DNA from: Nitrososphaerota archaeon
Lineage (GTDB): Archaea > Thermoproteota > Nitrososphaeria_A > Caldarchaeales > Caldarchaeaceae
Assembly: GCA_041641305.1 (NCBI GenBank)
Contig: JBEPYN010000001.1
Span: 320,001 to 384,000, forward strand
Reading direction: 5' to 3'
DNA: 64,000 bases
Notes under the pieces: generated by a model
The model's input: only the letters and a program-made list of their open reading frames with translations
Databases searched by the model: none
What the model was told of the DNA's origin: nothing
Part shown: positions 9,477 to 17,269 of the stretch, piece by piece
Layout of the letters: the number at the start of each line of letters is the position of its first letter
How positions within the stretch are numbered: the stretch's first letter is position 1
Position numbers and translations under genes: made by a program

Positions 9477-11208
9477 CTGAAACCACCTCCGTCTGAGCAG
9501 GGATGAGAACAGCCGACTTCCCTCTAACACTCTGCACTATTATCACGTTCATGTCCTCCGTGAAAGGCACTCTGCCGGGTGTGATGACGATATACTGGGT
9601 GTTTGGGTCGTTTTTAGCCGAGGACGTGAGGATGTGGATTATTCTTTCGCGGTTGAGGGGGTCTAGGTGTACGTCGAACTCGTCAACGGCTCTGAACGGT
9701 GACTTGATGTGTTTCTGGACGGCGAGTAGGAAGGCCATGGTTGCAACGATTCTCTCTCCACCGCTCTGTGTATGTGTGTCGAGAAGTGTGGGCTCTACCC
9801 CGCGGAACCCGACGTATATCTCGATGGAGGCCTTGTCTATGTCATGGAGGTTTCTTAGCTCAATTTTTCCCGCGCCTCCGACAAGGGATAGTATGCGCTG
9901 GTACTCCGGCTCAACCGATGCCACCAGCTCTCTCACAAACTCAGCCCATTTCTGCTTCCTGTACTCCACTTCCGCCATGGTTTTCTTGGCGTTCTCCCCC
10001 AGTTGCTGCGCCTTGAGCTCGGCTTCACGGTACTTTGACTCGGCGATGAGGTACATTTCCTCGGCCTGTGAGTTTGGCGTTCCGAGGGCCGCTATCTGAA
10101 GAGCTACGGACTTTATTTCCTCTGAGATTTCGACAGGTTTGCGGCCGCTGTCTGTCCGCGGCCCCTTTGCCTCGGCTTCGCCGCGTCTGCGCATTATCTC
10201 CTTGTCCAATGCGGTGAGCTCGTACCGGAGCTGCCTAAGCTCGTCCTCCCTTATCTCCCTTCTCTCGAGAAAACGGCCCAGCGACTCCGCCGCCGCCACT
10301 ATACCGTCAACCGTCTCCAATAATACCTTTTCACCCCATCCTTCTCGCAGACCTTTAAGCAGCGACTGGTAATATGTGGAGACTGTGTTACGCGCTTCTT
10401 CAATCCTCGCCTCGAGGCTCTCAGTCTCGCGTCTAATGCTCTCCATCTTCTCCTCAAGCCTCTCCCTCGACTTCTCCGCCTCTCTGACAAGAGACCATAG
10501 ATACTCGAGTTCAAGTAGCTTCTTCTTTTCCTCGAGGCGTCTCAGAATGGTGAGCTTTTCATACTCTTCTCTCCAGAACTCGACAGCCGACCGGGCCTCG
10601 TCGAGAGTTTTACGCAGCACAGCCTCTTCAGCTAAAAGCGCCGAGAGCTTCGCCTCCGTGTCCCTGATTCTCTCCCTTAATCCCGACGCCCCCACAGCCT
10701 CCTCAATCAACGCGAGCTTTTCCCTGCTGTCTCTGCTCACAAACTGCTCAATCATGTTCTGATGCATGATGATGAGGACGTTGTCCGGGTTTATCCCAAT
10801 CTTCGAAAGAAGGTTGCCGACCTCAGCCTTTGTCTTGAAACGGTTGTTGACATAGTGCCAGTATTCGCCGGATTTTTTGAGAAACCGTGTTATCGTAACG
10901 GTGTCGGAGTTTATTGATGGAATGGGTCGGACGCCGTCAATGGGCTTGTTGTCGAAGACGACGGCCACCCTCGCCGACTCGGTTCCCCTGCGAATGAGGT
11001 CAGCCAGTTTCTGTCCCCTTTCGGTGTATGTCTGGCCGAGCGCCACAGAAATAGCCAGCAGTATAGAGGACTTGCCCGCGCCGTTCGGGCCCACGATCAC
11101 GTTAAGACCCCTGCGTAGAGGTATCCGGCTATATTCATGCGACATAAAATTCTCCAGAATAACCTCTCTGATGAAAGGCTTAGGCCTAGTCTCCGCAGCA
11201 GTCGACAC
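9454..11208 (-). CDS. short SMC-family ATPase, SMC5/6-like (archaeal SMC-related / ClsN-like)
   Basis: ENFMSH, Walker A GPNGAGKS, Q-loop MHQ, coiled coils, signature QSGGER, Walker B/D-loop FRAVDEFDVHLD and QYIVITP; 584 aa; no CxxC hook. Confidence 0.9.
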   Translation of the reverse strand: MSTAAETRPKPFIREVILENFMSHEYSRIPLRRGLNVIVGPNGAGKSSILLAISVALGQTYTERGQKLADLIRRGTESARVAVVFDNKPIDGVRPIPSINSDTVTITRFLKKSGEYWHYVNNRFKTKAEVGNLLSKIGINPDNVLIIMHQNMIEQFVSRDSREKLALIEEAVGASGLRERIRDTEAKLSALLAEEAVLRKTLDEARSAVEFWREEYEKLTILRRLEEKKKLLELEYLWSLVREAEKSRERLEEKMESIRRETESLEARIEEARNTVSTYYQSLLKGLREGWGEKVLLETVDGIVAAAESLGRFLERREIREDELRQLRYELTALDKEIMRRRGEAEAKGPRTDSGRKPVEISEEIKSVALQIAALGTPNSQAEEMYLIAESKYREAELKAQQLGENAKKTMAEVEYRKQKWAEFVRELVASVEPEYQRILSLVGGAGKIELRNLHDIDKASIEIYVGFRGVEPTLLDTHTQSGGERIVATMAFLLAVQKHIKSPFRAVDEFDVHLDPLNRERIIHILTSSAKNDPNTQYIVITPGRVPFTEDMNVIIVQSVRGKSAVLIPAQTEVVSGDERQGG

Positions 11209-11372
11209 CTTCCTTCCCGCGGGGCCAGCGTCCCGCTATAATATAAATTCCCTCAAACTTCAACCGGCTTCAAATATGCCCGAGGACATAGCGGTGTATA
11301 TTATCCGCTATTACGTGAAGCCGTGGCTGCGATAAGATATAAAGAGTTGACGCCTTGTCCGCTGCTTTGGAG
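11209..11372. promoter_or_regulatory. divergent promoter region between the SMC operon and cdvC
   Basis: TATA-like TTTATAT (minus, 11241-11247) and ATATAAA (plus, 11337-11343); inverted repeat ATAGCGG-N10-CCGCTAT at 11288-11311; extra CCGCTAT at 11233-11239. Confidence 0.6.
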
Positions 11373-12497
11373 ATGTCTCAGGAGCTGGAGAGGATAGCTG
11401 CGTCGAGGGCCCGTGAAGCTGTTCAGTATGATAGGAGCGGGCAGCGTAACAAGGCGATAAAATCATACCGGGAGGCGATAGACGTTTTGTGGAAGCTTTA
11501 CCGTCTCAGCCCCGATGGAACAGTCAAACGCATCTACGCCGAGAAAATTAAGGAGTATCAGGCTCGGATTGAGGAGCTTCAGAACGGCGGTGAAGGGCCT
11601 TCTGTTAGGGTGGAGACTTTTGCCGAGCAGTCGGCGCAGCCGCGGCAGCAGCTTCAGAGCGAGAAGCCAAACGTGAGCTGGGACGACATCGTCAACATCG
11701 AGGAGGCTAAGAAAGCTATACGTGAGAGCATAGTTTTCCCCACGAGGAGGCCGGATCTTTTCCCTCTTGGCTGGCCCCGTGGAATACTGTTATTCGGCCC
11801 ACCAGGATGCGGCAAAACGCTGCTGGCTGCGGCCGTGGCGGCGGAGCTTGACGCAAGCTTCTACGTTCTCGACGCCGCATCTATTATGTCGAAGTGGCTG
11901 GGCGAGTCTGAGCGGAACGTCTCTAAGATTTTCAACCAGTGTAGGCAGGAGGCCCGTAGCGGAAAACCATGCATAATATTTATCGATGAAATCGACTCGC
12001 TGACCGCGGAGAGGTTTATGGAGGTGGGTGGTGAGGCGCGTGTGAGAAACCAGTTGATTAAGGAGATGGACGGTATCCTCGATAAGGGACGGCGGGACTT
12101 TCTCTACGTGTTGGCGGCCACAAACAAGCCGTGGCACCTCGACGAACCATTCATAAGAAGGTTTCAAAAACGGATTTTCGTACCGCTGCCCGACATAGAA
12201 GCTCGAATAATGCTCTTCGAGAAATACACCAAGGGTCTACGTCTCGACACAGGTGTGGAGCTTTCTCAGCTTGCTAAAATAACAGACGGCTACTCCGCCG
12301 CAGACATTCACGACATCTGTATGGAGGCTCAGTTGAAAGTTGTCAGCGAATTCTTCGCATCAAACACGGGTGAAAAAGGGGAGCCTAGGCCTATAACCAT
12401 GGATGACTTCATGGAGATAATCAAGAAAAGGAAGCAGTCGGTTGTGCTCGAGAATCTGAAGAAGCTGCTTGACTGGAACTCTAAGCACGGGACTTAG
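11373..12497 (+). CDS. cdvC: Vps4/CdvC AAA+ ATPase with N-terminal MIT domain
   Basis: MIT-like AREAVQYDRSG...AIKSYREAI, Walker A GPPGCGKT, SKWLGESE pore loop, IIFIDEID, ATNKPW..DEPFIRRF. Start could be TTG 11355. Confidence 0.92.
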   Translation: MSQELERIAASRAREAVQYDRSGQRNKAIKSYREAIDVLWKLYRLSPDGTVKRIYAEKIKEYQARIEELQNGGEGPSVRVETFAEQSAQPRQQLQSEKPNVSWDDIVNIEEAKKAIRESIVFPTRRPDLFPLGWPRGILLFGPPGCGKTLLAAAVAAELDASFYVLDAASIMSKWLGESERNVSKIFNQCRQEARSGKPCIIFIDEIDSLTAERFMEVGGEARVRNQLIKEMDGILDKGRRDFLYVLAATNKPWHLDEPFIRRFQKRIFVPLPDIEARIMLFEKYTKGLRLDTGVELSQLAKITDGYSAADIHDICMEAQLKVVSEFFASNTGEKGEPRPITMDDFMEIIKKRKQSVVLENLKKLLDWNSKHGT

Positions 12498-13270
12498 CTA
12501 GCTTCTGCGAACTCGAGCTGTATCAGGCCTTTTTCGTGCAGGCTTTTCAGAGCGTTTGAGACTGTTTCAGGGTCGAGGCTCAGCGAGTTGGCGCATGTCT
12601 CGAGGTCAAGCTCCTCAAGATTTGTCCCCAGAACGTATTCGTATACAGCTTTTTCGACATCTGTTAATCTCGGCACGTCGGGGAACGTCTCCCTCACCTT
12701 CTCGGCCGCGATCTTCCTCGCCTCCTCAAGAATGAATGAAGCCTCTTCAGAGAATTCCGGCACCTTCTCAGATGATGGCTCGACGTAGACACCCGCGTTT
12801 GCCATGAAGTCGTCTATCATCACCATCAGGCTGCGCAGATGCTCTGATGCCTCAGGCGTCACGTAGCTTATCTCGTCGGCCACGTTTTCGAGCATGGTTG
12901 CCAAAGGTCTCAATAGAGTGAGGGCTTCTCCGAGTTCGAGGATGCTTTCCAGCCTTATCTTAACCTGCAAGAGGACAAGTTGACTGTGGAGCACGATGCC
13001 CGCGAGTTTCTTTATCTCAGCAATCTCCGATGCGTAGAGCTTAGCTTTTGCATCGTCTTTAGACTGTAGAGCCTCGACTGTTCTGTTGAAGTATTCACGG
13101 CTCCTCGCGAGCATGTCTCTATACTTGTTGTTTAGTCTCTCTATGTGCGCGTTGAGGGCTGTTACCGCTTTCTCAACCCTCGTCCTAAACTCTTCCGTGA
13201 CCTCGAACGGCTGCGGCTCAGACTGGTCCTCGACATCCCAGTCATCTTTTTTGCGCAGAAACCCGAACAT
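12494..13270 (-). CDS. cdvB: ESCRT-III protein with C-terminal winged helix (CdvB)
   Basis: Snf7-type core (AKLYASEIAEIKK...RLESI), MIM2-like FPDVP, C-terminal winged helix (EKAVYEYV...ALKSLHEKGLI). Confidence 0.88.
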   Translation of the reverse strand: MFGFLRKKDDWDVEDQSEPQPFEVTEEFRTRVEKAVTALNAHIERLNNKYRDMLARSREYFNRTVEALQSKDDAKAKLYASEIAEIKKLAGIVLHSQLVLLQVKIRLESILELGEALTLLRPLATMLENVADEISYVTPEASEHLRSLMVMIDDFMANAGVYVEPSSEKVPEFSEEASFILEEARKIAAEKVRETFPDVPRLTDVEKAVYEYVLGTNLEELDLETCANSLSLDPETVSNALKSLHEKGLIQLEFAEAS

Positions 13271-13366
13271 CCACCACGTAGCCCAATCGAGATGTTAATA
13301 ATCTTCAACCCTTATGGTCCAAGCGGTATTCTCGCGCTAATACCATGTTACTACACCGCTAATCTC

Positions 13367-13780
13367 TCAGCTGCATCGCGAGAGGAAAATATCCTCCCTC
13401 TCATACTCGGCTACCCAGACCTGCTTGGAGCTTGGTTTAAGCCGGATGCCTACAAACACATATCCCTCTGGAGAGTTCTCGAGGGCGGCTGTGAAGGCTT
13501 CTTCAACCGAGTCTGCCAAATGTTCCTTGAAGAGCCTTTTTTCTCCTTTTTCACGCTCCACTCTGTAGCAGTTGAGGCAAAGTGTCCTTCCCCTCAAAAC
13601 CGTGACGGTCATCCTCCTCACCTTCGCACCACATCCATCACACACCACCGGCTGCAGACCGCATCGCCTGCAAACGTAGCCAAACCCAGTAACGTAGTGG
13701 TGGCTGTCGGCCTTCTCGGCCACCGCTCCACAGACCCTGCACGCTACGGTCTCTGCCCTTTTTCCATGGTGTCCAAGCAT
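13367..13780 (-). CDS. double zinc-finger protein, unknown function
   Basis: Four CxxC pairs (CRVC, CRRC, CDGC, CLNC) plus a small alpha/beta C-terminal domain. Confidence 0.7.
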   Translation of the reverse strand: MLGHHGKRAETVACRVCGAVAEKADSHHYVTGFGYVCRRCGLQPVVCDGCGAKVRRMTVTVLRGRTLCLNCYRVEREKGEKRLFKEHLADSVEEAFTAALENSPEGYVFVGIRLKPSSKQVWVAEYEREDIFLSRCS

Positions 13781-13814
13781 CTGGCGGCCCTGTGCTGGTT
13801 ATCAAATAAAAGGT

Positions 13815-15230
13815 TTGACTGCGATAGAGCTAATAGAGAGGTGGCAACGAGTTTTTGTACAGGGTTTGACTGAGTATTTGAGCGTTTTAAGCAGGATGTT
13901 TCGCGGCGAGCCGGAGTGGCTCTCGAGACTGAGGGCAAGGAGCCTTGAGATGTATTTCTCGCTTCCGCCTGAGGTTTCTGAGCTATATGTAAGACATTAC
14001 GAGGCACCCTCACTTCCCGACGATAGATTGATACAGATGACCGAGGCAGGTGACCGTAGGGAGATACCGCAAGACTTTAGACACCTCACCGAAGACACCG
14101 AGCATCCAACAGTTATCTTCGTCGGAGGCAACCTTGTGCACTACAGCATACCCGAGAACCTCGACGGCAAACAAATCGAGCTAATGTCCATCCCGGAGGC
14201 CTTGAAAAAACATGAGCCGCTTCTCAGGGAGCTCTACCAACGTATGACAGCCTCGCCCTATGCCGACAAATACACACACCTTGTACACGCCCTCACAAAC
14301 GTGGGAGTTTTTCTGAGGATACCGAGAAACGTTCAGCTCAGCCGCCCCGTACGTGTTGTCTATGTTCTCGACAAGCCGCGAGAAGCTGTGTTCAGCAAGG
14401 TGGTCGTGGTTACGGAGCCGGGGTCAGCTGCATCGCTCATCGAGGAGGTGCATGGCTTGCCCGGAGCAGATGAATCAATCTTTGGACACCACACCCATCT
14501 CTACGCCCTTGATGATAGTAGCCTCAAGCACAGCACCCTGCAGAACCTCTCACATGGGCAGACGTATATCTCAAACAGGGTTGCGGATGTTGGGCGCGGA
14601 TCCTCTGCGATGGTTGTGGGCGCTGTGATCGGTGGACAGGTTTCGAAGGTGAGGGTGGATAGCTCGATGCATGGCGACGGCTCCTCAGTCAACGACCTCG
14701 AGATTGTGTTCGGCGACGGAGAGCAGAGGATTGATGTGACAGCTAACCTGCACCACATAGGCTTCGGTACACAGGGCAGGGTTTTAGCCAAAGGCGTCGT
14801 CAAAGACAGAGCCAAATCAATCTTCAAAGGCGTGATAACCATCGAGAAACAGGCCAAAAACACCAGCGCATATCTCGCTGAACACGCTATGATAATGAGC
14901 CCCGAGGCGAGGGCCTACGCTATACCATCCCTCGAGATTATGACCGATGAGGTGAAAGCGACGCATTCAGCCAGCGTTAGCCAGATAGACCCGGAGCAGA
15001 TCTACTACCTTATGGCACGCGGTATACCGGAGCATGAGGCGAGGAAGATGCTTGCTCTCGGCTTCTTCGAGCCCGTCGTCTCCATGATAGACCTCAACGA
15101 AGTCCGCTGGGGTCTCCGCACTCTTCTGGAAAGCAAGTGGGGCGGAGCCTTCACAGAGCTGTTTGAGGAACCCGAGGTCACCGTCACAAGCCTCTTCGGA
15201 ACCCATTACAAATACAGGTATGGAAAATAG
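13815..15230 (+). CDS. sufD: Fe-S cluster assembly protein SufD (SufB/D family)
   Basis: EPEWL N-terminus, beta-helix repeats, AIPSLEI..DEVKATHSASV..IDPEQIYYLMARGI...GFF. Confidence 0.9.
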   Translation: MTAIELIERWQRVFVQGLTEYLSVLSRMFRGEPEWLSRLRARSLEMYFSLPPEVSELYVRHYEAPSLPDDRLIQMTEAGDRREIPQDFRHLTEDTEHPTVIFVGGNLVHYSIPENLDGKQIELMSIPEALKKHEPLLRELYQRMTASPYADKYTHLVHALTNVGVFLRIPRNVQLSRPVRVVYVLDKPREAVFSKVVVVTEPGSAASLIEEVHGLPGADESIFGHHTHLYALDDSSLKHSTLQNLSHGQTYISNRVADVGRGSSAMVVGAVIGGQVSKVRVDSSMHGDGSSVNDLEIVFGDGEQRIDVTANLHHIGFGTQGRVLAKGVVKDRAKSIFKGVITIEKQAKNTSAYLAEHAMIMSPEARAYAIPSLEIMTDEVKATHSASVSQIDPEQIYYLMARGIPEHEARKMLALGFFEPVVSMIDLNEVRWGLRTLLESKWGGAFTELFEEPEVTVTSLFGTHYKYRYGK

Positions 15231-15753
15231 GCTCCGGAAAATTCTTGCAGCATGTGATGACGTCAAACCAGGGCCCGGCACAGCCGCTGTCGCAATCGTG
15301 TTGAGGGACGAGCCTGAGGTGCTTCTGGTGAAGCGTGTTGAGCGAGACGACGACCCCTGGTCTGGGCAGGTTGCTTTTCCCGGCGGACGCTGGAGACCGG
15401 GGGATGTAGATTTTACCGCTACGGCTCTGCGGGAACTGTATGAGGAGACATCAGTAGAGTCTGAGGCTGTTAGCTTTATCGGCTATCTCGAGACGATATC
15501 ACCCCGTAACGTGCCGACTCTGAGGGTTAAGCCGGTGGTTTTCCGACTGATACAAGATGTCATCCCACGGCCAGGTGATGAGGTTTCCAAGGTGTTCTGG
15601 CTCCCCTTGACCAACCTCACCATGTTCACAGCTAAAGTTTACTCGCGGCATCTCAACCGGGAAGTCGTCACAGAGGCTTACTGCTACGAAGGGGAGTTGA
15701 TATGGGGTATGACGGCCCGTCTAATCTCCGTGCTACAGACCGCTTTTGGTTAG
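15220..15753 (+). CDS. Nudix hydrolase, CoA pyrophosphatase-like
   Basis: DPWSGQVAFPGG, Nudix box TALRELYEE, IWGMTA. Confidence 0.9.
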   Translation: MENRLRKILAACDDVKPGPGTAAVAIVLRDEPEVLLVKRVERDDDPWSGQVAFPGGRWRPGDVDFTATALRELYEETSVESEAVSFIGYLETISPRNVPTLRVKPVVFRLIQDVIPRPGDEVSKVFWLPLTNLTMFTAKVYSRHLNREVVTEAYCYEGELIWGMTARLISVLQTAFG

Positions 15754-17010
15754 AGAAGAGAAGCTTTCCGCGGCTTCTATGAGATGGTCAACGTCTTCCT
15801 CGCTGTGGGCGGCTGAGATGAAGAGGTGGGGGTTGTAGGGTGGGACGAAGAGTATCCCGTTGCTGTAGAGATGTTTGCTGAAGGCGATGGTTAGCCTGAT
15901 GTCTTTAGTTCTGTTGGCTGTGTGGATGTCTCTTGGCTCCTCTTTCGTGAAATGGATGCATACAAGCGAGCCTATGCCGGTGATGTATGCTCCGAGTTGT
16001 TCAAGAGCCTCCCTTAATCCTCTGCGCGCTCTTTCACCAAGCCTCTCCAGCTTCTCGTATACCTCACCCTTCTCCAGCTCCTTCAACAACACGTAGCCAG
16101 CCCTCATAGTCAACGGGTTGCCGCTGTAGGTTCCGCCGTGGAAAACCCGCTCATAGAAATTCGTTCTTCTACGCTGGTCGAGAACCTCCATCACATCCTC
16201 TCTTCCTCCGAACGCACCCGCGGGGAAAGGCCCTCCCCCGACCGCTTTACCGAGAACAGTCAAGTCAGGCATCACACCGAACCGTTGCTGAGCACCGCCC
16301 GGCGCAAGCCTAAACCCCGTGATCACCTCATCAAAAATAAGCAAGATACCATCTCTGTCGCAGATTTCTCGAAGCCCCTTGAGATACTCTATGTCGGCGG
16401 GTATGAACCCGCCTGCTCCGAGAACAGGCTCGACAACAATAGCGGCAAGTTCTTTTCCCTTTATTCTTTTTTCGACGCCGTCGAGGTCGTTGTAGGGAAG
16501 GAGAAGTGTGTTGGCGGTTGTTTCAGCTGGTATGCCGAGGCTTGAAGGCCTGTCTATCGGATATGTTACGCCTATTTGGAGGCCGTCGTATCCGCCGTGC
16601 CATCCTCCCTCAATCTTGCCAACGAGTTTGCGGCCTGTGTATCCTCGCGCAGTCCGTATAGCATACATGTTTGCTTCTGTGCCGCTGTTTGTGGGCCTTA
16701 CCATCTTCACCGAGGGAACCATGCTGCAGACCTGTTTAGCCCATTTAACCTCCCAGATATGCGGGTATCCGAAATGAGCCCCTTTAACCAGCTGGTCCAT
16801 AGCCGCCTCAATCACCGGCCTGTAGCCGTGGCCCATCAACAAGGCTCCATGACCCATCCAACAATCCAAAAACCTTCGGCCGCTGATGTCATAGACATAA
16901 GCGCCTTCAGCCCTCTCAACATAGATAGGAACAGGGTCAACATAGCGGACACCATATGAAACACCTCCCGGCAAATATCGGAGAGCCTCCTCGAAAACCG
17001 CAGGATCCAC
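15733..17010 (-). CDS. hemL: glutamate-1-semialdehyde 2,1-aminomutase (class III aminotransferase)
   Basis: LPGGVS, NSGTEA, LIFDEVITGFR, LGKAVGGG and GTYSGNPL motifs. Confidence 0.85.
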   Translation of the reverse strand: MDPAVFEEALRYLPGGVSYGVRYVDPVPIYVERAEGAYVYDISGRRFLDCWMGHGALLMGHGYRPVIEAAMDQLVKGAHFGYPHIWEVKWAKQVCSMVPSVKMVRPTNSGTEANMYAIRTARGYTGRKLVGKIEGGWHGGYDGLQIGVTYPIDRPSSLGIPAETTANTLLLPYNDLDGVEKRIKGKELAAIVVEPVLGAGGFIPADIEYLKGLREICDRDGILLIFDEVITGFRLAPGGAQQRFGVMPDLTVLGKAVGGGPFPAGAFGGREDVMEVLDQRRRTNFYERVFHGGTYSGNPLTMRAGYVLLKELEKGEVYEKLERLGERARRGLREALEQLGAYITGIGSLVCIHFTKEEPRDIHTANRTKDIRLTIAFSKHLYSNGILFVPPYNPHLFISAAHSEEDVDHLIEAAESFSSLTKSGL

Positions 17011-17142
17011 AGCCCATCACAAACACGCGGCAATAAAAACATCCCATACTATCCCGGAAAATCCCCCGTCATATCCAGGCCATCCCCACACCACCCATCC
17101 ATGAAAAAGTTATACACCATCGAAGCAAAACCCCTACGCAGA

Positions 17143-17226
17143 ATGCGGAGAACAGTCTTCGGCATACTCTTGATAGCCGCGGACTTGGCGTCGCTATTCC
17201 TGGTGGTATATTTCGCCATCGTTTAG
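17143..17226 (+). CDS. putative 27-aa single-TM microprotein
   Basis: MRRTVFGILLIAADLASLFLVVYFAIV*, about 30 nt after AAAAAGTTATA (BRE/TATA-like). An in-frame ATG at 17101 would give 41 aa. Confidence 0.45.
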   Translation: MRRTVFGILLIAADLASLFLVVYFAIV

Positions 17227-17269
17227 ATGATATATCTTGATATAGGGCTGAGTGGGATTGGGGTAGGAA

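Noticed and set aside
8135-11208. Wadjet/MksBEFG or Rad50-Mre11 assignment
   Set aside because: No JetD/Toprim nuclease or Mre11 gene is adjacent, there is no CxxC hook, and the gene order and head motifs fit SMC5/6-like proteins better.
13145-13873. 242-aa plus-strand ORF and other long antisense ORFs (e.g. 3372-4373, 49139-49828)
   Set aside because: They are shadow ORFs opposite well-supported genes and have no recognisable motifs.
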